From: Candidatus Cloacimonadota bacterium
GTDB taxonomy: Bacteria > Cloacimonadota > Cloacimonadia > G963667145
DNA: 64,000 nt
Reading direction: 5' to 3'
Assembly: GCA_963676615.1 (NCBI GenBank)
Contig: OY781092.1
Coordinates: 1,427,093-1,491,092 of the forward strand
The stretch's first letter is position 1, and each line of letters opens with the position of its first letter. A model generated the notes under the pieces. It was not told where the DNA came from, ran no database searches, and worked only from the letters and a program-made list of their open reading frames with translations. Made by a program: the position numbers and the translations under genes. Positions 46,732 through 56,669 of this stretch are shown here, piece after piece.

Positions 46732-47037
46732 ATGAACAATATTTTTTTGGCTCAGCAAAGTATTTTAGGGATGTTGCCGTTTGTGGCAATGATTTTGATT
46801 ATTTGGTTTTTGATAATCAGACCGCAGAAGAAAAAGCAAAAAGAACACAAAGTGATGCTTGAGGAGCTAAAAATTGGCGACAAAATTATCACCAACGGCG
46901 GAATTACAGGCGTTATCGCTAATGTAAAAAACGAGAAAAATTTGGTTAGCGTGAAAGTCGCCGACAATGTTAAAATCGATTTTCTGAAATCTTCGATTGC
47001 GACCAAAATTGTAAAAAACGGAGAAGATGAGAAATAA
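46732..47037 (+). CDS. yajC: preprotein translocase subunit YajC
   Basis: A single TM segment, then IIRPQKKKQKEHKVMLEELKIGDKIITNGGITGVI. Confidence 0.8.
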   Translation: MNNIFLAQQSILGMLPFVAMILIIWFLIIRPQKKKQKEHKVMLEELKIGDKIITNGGITGVIANVKNEKNLVSVKVADNVKIDFLKSSIATKIVKNGEDEK

Positions 47038-47539
47038 AAAAAGTTTGCCGATAATAACTTTCGGAAACGAAATTTTGCGAAAAAAATGCCAATCAGTTGA
47101 AAAAATAGACGAAAATGTTAAAAATCTTGTCAGTTCGATGATTGAAACGATGTATAACAACAACGGCGTTGGTTTGGCAGCTCCGCAGATTGGCGAGAAT
47201 TTGCGGATTTTTATAATCGATGTAAGTTCAAAAAAAAACGAGCTACAGGTGTTTATAAACCCAGAGATTAAAAAGTTGGAAGGTTCGCAAATTGGGGAAG
47301 AAGGCTGTTTGAGCGTTCCCGAAATTTATGCAGAGATTCCGCGCGCGGAGTTTGTGGAAGTGAGTGCGCAAAATTTGGAAGGCGAGAGTTTTACTTTGAG
47401 CGCAGAAGGACTTTTGGCTGTGGCTATTCAGCACGAGAACGATCATCTGGACGGAAAACTTTTCATCGATTATTTAGACAAACTCGACATTTTGCGATTT
47501 AAAAAAAAGCTCGAAAAAATAAAATGCAAAGCAAGTTAA
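47027..47539 (+). CDS. def: peptide deformylase
   Basis: GVGLAAPQIG, EGCLSVP and HENDHLDG motifs. Confidence 0.95.
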   Translation: MRNKKSLPIITFGNEILRKKCQSVEKIDENVKNLVSSMIETMYNNNGVGLAAPQIGENLRIFIIDVSSKKNELQVFINPEIKKLEGSQIGEEGCLSVPEIYAEIPRAEFVEVSAQNLEGESFTLSAEGLLAVAIQHENDHLDGKLFIDYLDKLDILRFKKKLEKIKCKAS

Positions 47540-48057
47540 AAAAAATCAAACTTTTGGTGCTCGATTGCGACGGAGTTTTAACGCCGGGCTTTTTTTATTA
47601 TGGATTTCAAGAGGAGATAAAGCAGTTTAATACCAAAGACGGTCTTGGTTTGGTGATGTTTTTGCAGTTTGGCTATAAAGTGGCGGTCATCACTGGCAGA
47701 GAAAGTGGCGCTCTTGCGCAAAGGTGCTCCGATTTGAAAATAGAATATCTGTTTCAGGGAGTGCGAAACAAGCTGGCTGTGCTCACAAAATTGAAAGATA
47801 AGCTAAAAATTTCGCTCGAAGAGATTTGTTATGTTGGCGACGATTTGAACGATTTTGAATGTTTGCAAAGCGTTGGATTTGGTGTTTGTCCAGCCAATGC
47901 CAATTTTTTTTTGAAAGACAAAGTAGATTATGTTTGCCAGACCGATGGTGGAAAAGGCTGCGTCAGAGAAGTGATAGATTATATTTTAGAAGCGAAAAAC
48001 GAATTGAAAGATGCTCAAGAAAATTTTATCAAAAACTTATCTGCTGTTTCTGATTAG
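47524..48057 (+). CDS. kdsC: 3-deoxy-D-manno-octulosonate 8-phosphate phosphatase (HAD family)
   Basis: LVLDCDGVLTPG and GDDLND motifs. Sits upstream of lptC-lptA-lptB. Confidence 0.85.
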   Translation: MQSKLKKIKLLVLDCDGVLTPGFFYYGFQEEIKQFNTKDGLGLVMFLQFGYKVAVITGRESGALAQRCSDLKIEYLFQGVRNKLAVLTKLKDKLKISLEEICYVGDDLNDFECLQSVGFGVCPANANFFLKDKVDYVCQTDGGKGCVREVIDYILEAKNELKDAQENFIKNLSAVSD

Positions 48058-48574
48058 CCTGCTGGCAGTCGGTTGTGTGAAAGGCGAGGACATCCTCAAG
48101 CACAGCAAAAAGTTCGAGGGAAAAGGCGAGCTGCCCGAAAAAACCAGCGACACAGTGACTTTAATTTCGCTGGAGAACGAGAAAATTGTCTGGTATCTGA
48201 AAGCCAAACATATCACGGAATTTGCCAAGCGAAAGCAGATTTTTGCCAAAGATATCGAGATTTACGCTTTTGACGATAACGACCGAATTGTCTCGACAAT
48301 GACCGCCGATAGCGCCGAAATTAACGAAGTTAAAAAGATGTTGGAAGCGATGGGAAATGTCAAGATTTTGAGCGAAAATGGCGTTTTGGAGACGACCAAA
48401 ATTTATTGGAATTTAGCGAATAATAGCATTTTTACGCAAGAAAATGTGAAGATTACGCGAGGCGATAATGTTATGTATGGCAATAACTTATACACAGATA
48501 TTGAGCTGAATTCGGCGAAGCTTGACAATATTAAGGGAGAGGGCGAAGTTGAAGCTCAAAATATTAATTTTTAG
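48011..48574 (+). CDS. lptC: LptC-like LPS export protein (here with lipobox LAVGC)
   Basis: Called from its position in the conserved kdsC-lptC-lptA-lptB order, its size (187 aa) and a beta-jellyroll-like composition. Confidence 0.5.
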   Translation: MLKKILSKTYLLFLISLLAVGCVKGEDILKHSKKFEGKGELPEKTSDTVTLISLENEKIVWYLKAKHITEFAKRKQIFAKDIEIYAFDDNDRIVSTMTADSAEINEVKKMLEAMGNVKILSENGVLETTKIYWNLANNSIFTQENVKITRGDNVMYGNNLYTDIELNSAKLDNIKGEGEVEAQNINF

Positions 48575-49667
48575 CGTTTTTATTTTTGCGATTATCGGCA
48601 GCGGATATGGCGCAAAGGTAAAAAGCCTTAAAAATAGAAAGGTCAAAAAAAGCAGTAAAAATTACCGAATTATCAATTCCGATGTGCTAAAATTGCGAAA
48701 AAGTAACAACGAAATTATCTCGCAGATGCGAGGAAATGTTCACTTTTTTTACGACGATATCGAGTTTTATAGCGACCGAGCAGATTTATATGAGACCCAG
48801 CAAAAAGTGCAGCTTTTGGGAAATGTAAAGATTATCAAAGACACGATAACCCTTACGGCTGAGGATGTTACCTATTTCAAAAAAGAGGAAAAAGTTTATC
48901 TGATCGACAATGTTTTTATCAAGATGGAAAACAGAAGCAACGGGACGATGAAAACTTTTTCGTGTCATCGAGCGGAAATCGATCGAGAGTCGGGGCAGAT
49001 GAAGGCTGACCGAGATATCAGGGTTTACGATCAGGAGCGGAATTTGCGGATTTTTTGCGGGAAGATGCGTTACAATCTGAACACCAAAAAAGGGTATATG
49101 GTCGATAATCCCGAGATTTTTTCGACAAGTGACGATTCGACGAGACTGACGGCGAAGAAGATAGATATTTTGGACGGGCACAACAAAGTTCGAGCGAAAT
49201 ATAATGTGAAAACTTTTTCCAAATATCACAGAACGCAGAGCGACGAGCTGGTGTATCTGAGTGACGAGCGGAAAGTTATTTTGCTGGGCAAACCGAAGTT
49301 TTTTTCGGACAAGCTAAACGCAAGAGCGAAGCGGTTTTATTTTTATTCCGATTTGTCTTTTAAAAATATCGAAAAGATTGTGCTGGAGGAAGATTGTGAG
49401 GTCGATTTTCCGTCGGAAGCAGGGAAAAAATTTGACAACAAATTGACTTCTGGCAATGTAGATATAGATTTTTCGGGCTCGAATTTGAAAGATATTATCG
49501 CCACGAAAGATGTGGCGCTGAGCCTGATTAACGAAGACAGTTCGGGCGTTTCGGTGAACAAAATTTATGGCGATACTTTGATTTTGCGGGTGAACGAAGA
49601 AAAAAAGTTGGAATATATGACGATGAAGAGCGACAAAGTGAAGGGCGTTTTTAAATTTAGTAATTAG
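48522..49667 (+). CDS. lptA: LptA/OstA-N-family periplasmic LPS transport protein, double length (381 aa)
   Basis: Signal peptide and OstA-like N-terminal domain, upstream of lptB. The length suggests two tandem OstA-like modules. Confidence 0.55.
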   Translation: MTILRERAKLKLKILIFSVFIFAIIGSGYGAKVKSLKNRKVKKSSKNYRIINSDVLKLRKSNNEIISQMRGNVHFFYDDIEFYSDRADLYETQQKVQLLGNVKIIKDTITLTAEDVTYFKKEEKVYLIDNVFIKMENRSNGTMKTFSCHRAEIDRESGQMKADRDIRVYDQERNLRIFCGKMRYNLNTKKGYMVDNPEIFSTSDDSTRLTAKKIDILDGHNKVRAKYNVKTFSKYHRTQSDELVYLSDERKVILLGKPKFFSDKLNARAKRFYFYSDLSFKNIEKIVLEEDCEVDFPSEAGKKFDNKLTSGNVDIDFSGSNLKDIIATKDVALSLINEDSSGVSVNKIYGDTLILRVNEEKKLEYMTMKSDKVKGVFKFSN

Positions 49668-49670
49668 ATT

Positions 49671-50411
49671 ATGGAAAATGAAATAAGAATTGAAAATATT
49701 GTGAAATATTACGGCTCGAAGCTGGTTTTGCGGGATATTAGCGTGAATATTAAGCAAGGCGAATGCGTGGGAATTATGGGTCCGAACGGCGCAGGAAAGT
49801 CAACGACTTTTTATATTGTGCTTGGGCTAATAAAGGCGACGCAGGGCAAAATTTTGTATAACGGAAAGCTGATAAATCACCTGCCGATGTATAAGCGCGC
49901 AAGGCTCGGAATCGGCTATCTGGCGCAGCAACCGTCGATTTTTCACAACTTGACTGTCGAACAAAATGTGATGGCGATTTTGGAGATGCTCAAGATTTCT
50001 AAAGTCGAGCGGAAGCGAAGGCTGGAGGAGCTACTGGCGGATCTAGACCTCACCAAACTCAGTCGTCAGAAAGCTTACACTTTGTCTGGCGGAGAGCGGC
50101 GGAAGCTGGAGATAACCAGGGCTCTAGTGACTAACCCGTCGTTTTTGCTGCTGGACGAACCTTTTGCGGGCGTGGATCCCAAAGCTGTCGAGGACATTCA
50201 GAATATTATCAAAAAGCTGGGCGAGAAAAATATCGGCGTGCTGATTACCGACCACAATGTTATCGAAACTTTGAAGATTGTGCAGCGGGCGTATATTGTT
50301 TTTGACGGAAAAATTCTTTTTTCGGGAACTTCTGCGGAACTGGTGAACGACGAAAAAGCGCGTGAGGTTTATCTGGGAAACAGCTTTTTGCAACACAATT
50401 TTGAAAAATAG
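49671..50411 (+). CDS. lptB: LPS export ABC transporter ATP-binding protein LptB
   Basis: GPNGAGKST, LSGGERRKLEI, and LLLDEP. 246 aa. Confidence 0.9.
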   Translation: MENEIRIENIVKYYGSKLVLRDISVNIKQGECVGIMGPNGAGKSTTFYIVLGLIKATQGKILYNGKLINHLPMYKRARLGIGYLAQQPSIFHNLTVEQNVMAILEMLKISKVERKRRLEELLADLDLTKLSRQKAYTLSGGERRKLEITRALVTNPSFLLLDEPFAGVDPKAVEDIQNIIKKLGEKNIGVLITDHNVIETLKIVQRAYIVFDGKILFSGTSAELVNDEKAREVYLGNSFLQHNFEK

Positions 50412-50420
50412 TGGAAGAAA

Positions 50421-51794
50421 ATGGAAGTAATTTTAGCGGGATTTAACTTAGATGTTGGTTTGATCGGTCAACCAAAAAGCCAAAAGAGCACGCCAGAGAC
50501 GATTTCGGCGGCGTATGCACGGATAAGTAGAAGCAAAAAAAGCGTCTGCTCGTTGCGAGAAGAGTCGATTTTGGATGTCGAAAAAGCGAAAGCTTCCAAC
50601 GAAAATATCGTCTTTGAAATGGGGCACTCTTCGGTGGCGGAGCACGCCGTTTTCAATTTCGATTTGATTGGCGTTTCGAGGTTTTTGACCGAATATATTC
50701 AGCGCAGCAGGCTGGCTTCTTTTACCGAAAAATCGCAAAGATATGTGACGCTGGACGGAGATTTTTATCTGCCAAAAGAGCTGAAAGATAGCCCGCTGGA
50801 GCAAAAATTTATCGAGACGATAGAGGCGCAAAATCAGCTGTATTTTGCTTTGTTTGAGCAGGCGAAGCAAAAGCTGGAGCAAGAAAATTTTGCTGGTAGC
50901 AAACGGGAGCGATTTGGCAAGGCGAAAGAGGACGCACGCTATTTTTTGTCGCTGGCGACACAGACGCAGATGGGGATGACGCTTAACGCTAGAAGTTTGC
51001 AAAAATTGCTCGTGCGGTTGGACAAGCTGGATTTGCTGGAGGCAAAGGAGCTCAAAAATCAGCTGGAGCAAAAAGCGAAAAGCGTTGCGCCGTCGCTGAT
51101 AAGATACACGGATGCCGACGATTTCTATAAATTTGCGCCGAAGATAAAGGCGGAAAAAGTGGCTTGCCCTGATTTTCAGGTGAGGCTTTTGCAAAGTCCT
51201 GAAAATGCCGACGATTTGGTGCTGCAAGGTCTGTTTTTGGATGCGGGATTTCCTTTTGAGCAGGCGAAAAATCAAACGGATATTTTGGGAAAAACGCAAA
51301 AAGAGCAGATTTTTGACGACTTGTTTTCCAAGGCGAAACTTTATTCGGGAATGCCCAGAAGTTTTGAGCTAGCCGATTTTGTTTTTGAGATTTGCTGCTC
51401 GGCGTGCTGTTTTGGGCAGCTAAAGCGGCATAGAATGTCCACGATTTTGAAAGCCGACTATAGCCCAGAGAGCGGAATTGTTGTGCCAGAGCTGATAAAA
51501 TCGCTTTGCCAGCAGGACAAAATCGACGAGGTTATTAAAAAAACAGATGAGCTTTTTTGGGAGTTGGAACGATGTAAAAAAGGGCTTGGCAATTATATTT
51601 TGACGAACGCTCACAAGACGCAGGTCGTTTTTAAGGCGAATTTGCGGGAGCTTTACCATTTTTCACGATTGCGCGCGGACAAACACGCTCAGTGGGAAAT
51701 TCAGGAGATTGCCAAAAAAATCGACGAGTTGATAAAAAAGAAAGCTCCGTTAGCGGGAAAATTTTTGGGAGGAAAAGATGAAGTTTTTGCTTAA
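50421..51794 (+). CDS. thyX: Flavin-dependent thymidylate synthase ThyX, tandem-duplicated (two ThyX modules in one 457-aa polypeptide)
   Basis: Module 1 has HSSVAEHAVFNFDLIGVSRFLTEYIQRSRLASFTEKSQRY, the ThyX motif with RSR in place of RHR. Module 2 has a canonical LKRHRMST. Confidence 0.65.
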   Translation: MEVILAGFNLDVGLIGQPKSQKSTPETISAAYARISRSKKSVCSLREESILDVEKAKASNENIVFEMGHSSVAEHAVFNFDLIGVSRFLTEYIQRSRLASFTEKSQRYVTLDGDFYLPKELKDSPLEQKFIETIEAQNQLYFALFEQAKQKLEQENFAGSKRERFGKAKEDARYFLSLATQTQMGMTLNARSLQKLLVRLDKLDLLEAKELKNQLEQKAKSVAPSLIRYTDADDFYKFAPKIKAEKVACPDFQVRLLQSPENADDLVLQGLFLDAGFPFEQAKNQTDILGKTQKEQIFDDLFSKAKLYSGMPRSFELADFVFEICCSACCFGQLKRHRMSTILKADYSPESGIVVPELIKSLCQQDKIDEVIKKTDELFWELERCKKGLGNYILTNAHKTQVVFKANLRELYHFSRLRADKHAQWEIQEIAKKIDELIKKKAPLAGKFLGGKDEVFA

Positions 51795-52911
51795 ATTTGG
51801 CGTGATTGCGCTGGTTATTTTTGGATGTGGAAAAAAGGCTGTGCAGGGTAGATATGTGAATATTTCGCAAAATATAAACAGCAACAACAGTATGTTTCAG
51901 GCAGATTTGGGCAGAAAGGGCGACTATTCTGGCGAGTCTTTGCAGAGCTATCCGCCGACGATGGTCAGGTGGCAATATCCCGTGAACAAAGAGATTTACG
52001 CCTCGCCCGTCTATTACGACGGCAAAATTATCGTCAGCGACTACGAAAATTGCGTGATGGCGATTAACTTTCGCTCGGGATTTTGCGACTGGGTTTTTCG
52101 CACAAAACGGCGCAACTCCGCCAGCGTCGCCGTGGCAAACAACACGGTTTACATCGGCAGTTACGACAAATATTTTTACGCGATAAACGCCTCCAACGGC
52201 TCTCTTATCTGGAAGTTCAAAACCGACGGCTACATCACCTCATCGGCTGTCGTCTATGGCGGAATCGTCTATTTTGGCAGTTGGGACGGATATTTGTATG
52301 CGCTAAACTGCAAAGACGGCGAAATGGTGTGGAAGTTGAAATTGGACGGCCGCGTTTACACTTCTCCAGCCATCGACACAAAAAATAATTTGGTGATTTT
52401 TGGCGACAGAAACCTTTATGCAAGTGAGCTGACCACCGGAAAAGTCAAGTGGAAATTCTCGACGCAAGATTACATCGAAACCGCGCCAGTTGTGGACGGA
52501 GACTGCGTTTATATCGGTAGCCGAGACTACAAAGTTTACTGTCTGGACGCAAAAACTGGCGGCGAAAAATGGTCTTACAAAACCGACTATTGGGTGACAG
52601 GCTCGCCATCGATTTACCAAAACAAGCTCATCGTCGGCTCATACGACGACTACATCTACATTTTGGACAAAACCAGCGGCGACTTTATCGGCAAAATCCA
52701 CAGCGGCGGCGACATTCAGCTGCCCACGATGGTCGTCGGTCACTACGCCTACGCTCAGGATGTCAACGGGCATTTCACGGCGGTAAATTTGCGCAGCAAC
52801 AAGCAGGCGTGGCGCAGAAAGTTCGCCAACAAAAAATCTTTGCCCCTGATTCACAATGGCAGCCTGATTACCGTAAACGGCGAGTCTATTTTGAGGTTGG
52901 ACAACAGGTAA
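51778..52911 (+). CDS. PQQ-repeat beta-propeller lipoprotein (BamB-like)
   Basis: Lipobox VIFGCG. Repeated YAxxxxxGxxxWxF blades (YAINASNGSLIWKF, YALNCKDGEMVWKL, CLDAKTGGEKWSY). Confidence 0.7.
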   Translation: MKFLLKFGVIALVIFGCGKKAVQGRYVNISQNINSNNSMFQADLGRKGDYSGESLQSYPPTMVRWQYPVNKEIYASPVYYDGKIIVSDYENCVMAINFRSGFCDWVFRTKRRNSASVAVANNTVYIGSYDKYFYAINASNGSLIWKFKTDGYITSSAVVYGGIVYFGSWDGYLYALNCKDGEMVWKLKLDGRVYTSPAIDTKNNLVIFGDRNLYASELTTGKVKWKFSTQDYIETAPVVDGDCVYIGSRDYKVYCLDAKTGGEKWSYKTDYWVTGSPSIYQNKLIVGSYDDYIYILDKTSGDFIGKIHSGGDIQLPTMVVGHYAYAQDVNGHFTAVNLRSNKQAWRRKFANKKSLPLIHNGSLITVNGESILRLDNR

Positions 52912-52931
52912 TTTTTTTAGATAAAAACAGA

Positions 52932-54170
52932 ATGAGCCTTAGAGTCAAAGGGGTTGCAGAGCGCTCGCCAGCAGAAAAAATCGGAATTGCCAGCGGCGAC
53001 GAGATTTTTCGCATAAACGGAAACAAGATAAACAATTTTTTGGATTTGCAATTTTATGGAGCAGACCCAAAAATTTGTGTCGAGTGGAAATCTGCCGACG
53101 GAATTTTGCACAAAAAAGAGCTGGAAATTCAGCAGTCGCTGGGCGTGATTCCAGAGCAACACCGCTGCAGGGAGTGCCGAAATAATTGCGTTTTTTGCTT
53201 TGTGCGGCAGCTGCCAAAAGGGCTACGCCCGACGCTCTATTTGCGTGACGACGATTTTCTTTTTTCGTTTATCTACGGTAATTTTATCACTTTTTCCAAC
53301 ATCACCAGCGACGATATTCGGCAGATTAAGCAGCAGTTTCTCTCGCCGCTTTATGTTTCGGTGCATGCGCTGGACAAAAATGTTCGCCAAAAAATGCTCA
53401 GAGGCGTTGGCGTTGTTGACATTGAGCCGATTTTGGAGGAGCTTTTTGACAGCGGGATACGGTTTCATTTTCAGATAGTTTTGGTGCCTGGTTACAACGA
53501 CGGCGATGTTTTTGCCAAAACTTTGCGCGATTTGCAGAAATTCGAGCCAGAGTCTATCGGCGTTGTGCCAGTGGGGCTTACCGAGCATCGACAAGGTTTG
53601 CCGAAATTGCGTAAGCTCACGCCGCTTGAGGCGAGCCAGGCTATTTCGACGGCGAAAAATTTTGCGGGCGTTTATTGTGCCGACGAGCTGTTTTTGCAGG
53701 CTGGTTTGCCGTTGCCAGATTTGGAATATTATCAAGATTTTCCGCAGCTGGAGAACGGAATTGGTTTGTTGCGAAAGTTGCTTTGTGGCTGGCAGCGACA
53801 GCGAGAAGATTTCGAAGATTTTGCCAAAGGGCTGGAGGCAGATTTGTTGTTTGTCTGTGGCGAGTCTGCTTTTGAGTTTTTGCGTAAAATAAGTTTGCAA
53901 ATAAAGATTGACACAAAAATTTCGAGCCAAGTGGTAAAGATAAGCAACGATTTTTTTGGCAGGTCGATAACCGTTAGCGGACTTTTGACGGCGGCGGATA
54001 TTTGCAGTCAAGCCAATGGCGAAAATAAGGCGGTTTGCCTGTCTTCTGCGGTGTTCAACACGCATGGCATAACGCTGGACGGCGTGAGCAAACAGGAGCT
54101 CAAGCGGAAATTGCGTTGCAAATTTTTGGTGATAATCGACGAAGTTTTTGACTCGTGGGAGGTTTTGTGA
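52932..54170 (+). CDS. PDZ-domain radical-SAM protein (DUF512-like)
   Basis: I chose the ATG at 52932 (MSLRVKGVAERSPAEKIGIASGDEI.., a PDZ-like segment). A CRECRNNCVFCF Cys cluster contains CxxxCxxC. The longer track ORF from 52569 is an artefactual extension overlapping the previous gene. Confidence 0.6.
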   Translation: MSLRVKGVAERSPAEKIGIASGDEIFRINGNKINNFLDLQFYGADPKICVEWKSADGILHKKELEIQQSLGVIPEQHRCRECRNNCVFCFVRQLPKGLRPTLYLRDDDFLFSFIYGNFITFSNITSDDIRQIKQQFLSPLYVSVHALDKNVRQKMLRGVGVVDIEPILEELFDSGIRFHFQIVLVPGYNDGDVFAKTLRDLQKFEPESIGVVPVGLTEHRQGLPKLRKLTPLEASQAISTAKNFAGVYCADELFLQAGLPLPDLEYYQDFPQLENGIGLLRKLLCGWQRQREDFEDFAKGLEADLLFVCGESAFEFLRKISLQIKIDTKISSQVVKISNDFFGRSITVSGLLTAADICSQANGENKAVCLSSAVFNTHGITLDGVSKQELKRKLRCKFLVIIDEVFDSWEVL

Positions 54171-54619
54171 ATAGGCTGAATTGGCACGAATATTTTATGC
54201 AGATTACTCAGGTTGTGGCGCAGCGTTCGACTTGTCTGCGGCGCCAAGTGGGCGCGATTATCGTTCGGAATAAGCAGATTTTGTCCACGGGCTACAACGG
54301 TTCGCCCAAGGGCTTGGAGCATTGCAAAATCAAGGGCTGTTTGCGGCAGGAGCTGCAGATTCCTTCGGGGCAACGGCACGAGATTTGCAGGGCTGTGCAC
54401 GCCGAGCAAAATGCGGTGATTCAGGCGGCTGTGAACGGCGTTTCGATTTCGGGAGCGGTGCTTTATTGCACAAATTCGCCGTGCAGCATCTGCGCCAAGA
54501 TTTTGGTGAACGCCGAGATTAAGAAAATTTATGTCGCCGACGACTATCAAGACGATTTGGCGAAGCAGATTTTGCAGGAAGCGGGCGTCGAGTTAATTCA
54601 TTTGAAATTAGAGAGTTAG
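54155..54619 (+). CDS. dCMP deaminase (cytidine/deoxycytidylate deaminase family)
   Basis: HAEQNAV and PCSICAKIL zinc-binding motifs. Confidence 0.85.
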   Translation: MGGFVNRLNWHEYFMQITQVVAQRSTCLRRQVGAIIVRNKQILSTGYNGSPKGLEHCKIKGCLRQELQIPSGQRHEICRAVHAEQNAVIQAAVNGVSISGAVLYCTNSPCSICAKILVNAEIKKIYVADDYQDDLAKQILQEAGVELIHLKLES

Positions 54620-54627
54620 AGAGTTTT

Positions 54628-55869
54628 ATGGAAGAGTTATTAAAAAAAGCGAAACTTTTGAAAGAGGCGAAAAAATTTTTGGCGAGCTGTGTTTCGGCGG
54701 ACAAAAATCAGGCGCTAGATTTGGTGGCAGATGCTTTGCTGGCGGAATCTGGCGAGATTTTGCAGGCGAACGCAAAAGATGTGGACGCTGCCAAAAAAGC
54801 GGGAATGAGCGCTCCGCTGGTGGATCGGCTGCTTTTGGACGAGCAAAGATTGCGGGAGATTGCCGAGAGTTTGCGGAAAGTGGCGACGCTCAAAGATCCT
54901 GTGGGCAAAATTTACGAAGGCTGGCAGATTGCCAACGGGCTGAAGATTAGCAAGGTGAGCGTGCCGATGGGCGTTTTGGGGATGATTTACGAGTCGCGGC
55001 CGAATGTTACGGCGGACGCTTTTGCGCTGGCGATTAAGAGTGGAAATGCGATTTTGCTGCGGGGAAGTTCTTCGGCGCTGGAGTCGAACAAGGCGCTGGT
55101 GCAGGCGATAAAAAAAGGGCTGGCGAAGAGCAAAATTTCGCCGGATGTTGTGCAACTTTTGGAAAGTACCGACCGCAAGCAGGTGGAGCAGATGTTGCAA
55201 CTGACGGAGTTTTTGGATTTGATTATCCCGCGTGGCGGCGCAGGCCTTATCAATATGGTCGTGAATAACGCCAAGGTGAAGACGATCGAGACGGGCGTCG
55301 GCAACTGCCACATCTATGTTCACGCATCGGCGGATTTGCAGATGGCGCTGAATATTGTGGAGAACGCCAAAGTGCAGCGCCCAGGGGTTTGTAACGCTTG
55401 CGAGAGCGTTTTGGTGGACGAGGAGATTGCTGGCGATTTTTTGCCGAAATTGGTAGAGCGGCTCTCCGACAGAGTGGAGCTGCGGGGTTGCCCGAAGACG
55501 CAAAAGATTATCGATTGCAAGCCAGCTGTGGAGAGTGACTGGGGGCAGGAGTTTTTGGATCTGATTTTGGCGGTGAAGGTCGTTGGCGGCGTGTCGCAAG
55601 CCATTGAGCATATAAATAAGTTCGGGAGTTTGCACTCGGAGGCGATTGTCGGCAAAGATTACGATGCGTGCCAGAAATTTCAGGCGGAGGTTGATGCGGC
55701 AGCGGTTTATGTGAATGCATCGACGAGGTTTACCGACGGATCTGTGTTCGGTTTTGGTTGCGAAATGGGAATCAGCACTCAGAAAATGCACGCCCGTGGA
55801 CCGATGGGGCTAGACGAGCTGGTGACCTACAAATACACGATTTCTGGCGATGGTCAGATAAGGGAATAA
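54628..55869 (+). CDS. proA: gamma-glutamyl phosphate reductase
   Basis: 413 aa, ALDH-like, with catalytic Cys in GVCNACESVLVD. Confidence 0.9.
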   Translation: MEELLKKAKLLKEAKKFLASCVSADKNQALDLVADALLAESGEILQANAKDVDAAKKAGMSAPLVDRLLLDEQRLREIAESLRKVATLKDPVGKIYEGWQIANGLKISKVSVPMGVLGMIYESRPNVTADAFALAIKSGNAILLRGSSSALESNKALVQAIKKGLAKSKISPDVVQLLESTDRKQVEQMLQLTEFLDLIIPRGGAGLINMVVNNAKVKTIETGVGNCHIYVHASADLQMALNIVENAKVQRPGVCNACESVLVDEEIAGDFLPKLVERLSDRVELRGCPKTQKIIDCKPAVESDWGQEFLDLILAVKVVGGVSQAIEHINKFGSLHSEAIVGKDYDACQKFQAEVDAAAVYVNASTRFTDGSVFGFGCEMGISTQKMHARGPMGLDELVTYKYTISGDGQIRE

Positions 55870-55871
55870 AA

Positions 55872-56639
55872 ATGTTAATGACGAAAATTGTTGAGGTTGC
55901 GACCAAAATTTCGCAAAAAGAGGGTTATAATGTCGGTTCTTTTTTTGCAGAAGACGAAAATTTGCCAGATCAGACGGCGCAAGATTTACAAAATTTGGCG
56001 CAATATATTGACCACACGCATCTGGCGCCAGATGCGCAGGAGCGGGAGATAGAGCAGCTTTGCAATCAGGCGCAGGCGAATAATTTTGCCAGCGTTTGCG
56101 TCAACTCTGTGTGGGCGCTGGCGGCGAAAAAGTTCTTGCCGACGGTTCCGCTGTGCTGCGTGGTTGGCTTCCCGTTGGGGGCTTGCACAAGCAAAACCAA
56201 GCTGGCGGAGACGCAAGAGGTGCTGCAGGCGGGCGCCAAAGAGGTGGATATGGTGATAAATGTTGGGGCGCTCAAAGACGAAAAATATGCGCAGGTTTGC
56301 GACGAGATAGCGCTTTTGGCGATGGAATGCCACAAGTTTGGGGCGAAGCTGAAGGTGATAATCGAGGCGTGTTTGCTCACGCAGGAAGAAAAAATCGCTG
56401 CTTGTCTTTTGTCGAAAAAAGCGGACGCCGATTTTGTCAAAACTTCGACGGGATTTTCTACTGGCGGAGCCACGAGCGAAGATGTGGCGTTGATGCGAGA
56501 GGTGGTCGGCAAAAAAATGGGCGTAAAGGCCTCTGGCGGCATTCGTGATCGGCAAACCGCTCTGGCGATGCTTAGGGCAGGCGCCAACAGAATTGGAGCT
56601 TCGGCTGGGCTGAAGATTTGTAAAAAAGTTGATTTGTAA
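55872..56639 (+). CDS. deoC: deoxyribose-phosphate aldolase
   Basis: DMVIN, FVKTSTGF and VKASGGIR motifs. I chose the ATG at 55872, just after the proA stop, rather than the track ORF from 55758. Confidence 0.85.
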   Translation: MLMTKIVEVATKISQKEGYNVGSFFAEDENLPDQTAQDLQNLAQYIDHTHLAPDAQEREIEQLCNQAQANNFASVCVNSVWALAAKKFLPTVPLCCVVGFPLGACTSKTKLAETQEVLQAGAKEVDMVINVGALKDEKYAQVCDEIALLAMECHKFGAKLKVIIEACLLTQEEKIAACLLSKKADADFVKTSTGFSTGGATSEDVALMREVVGKKMGVKASGGIRDRQTALAMLRAGANRIGASAGLKICKKVDL

Positions 56640-56669
56640 TGCGAAAATGACGCAGGCAGGAGACCAAAA

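Noticed and set aside
50448-51299. 283-aa minus-strand ORF
   Set aside because: Antisense to thyX.
52569-52931. N-terminal 121 codons of the 533-aa track ORF
   Set aside because: This stretch overlaps the PQQ gene in another frame and translates to Q/R/L-rich nonsense. The real start is the ATG at 52932.
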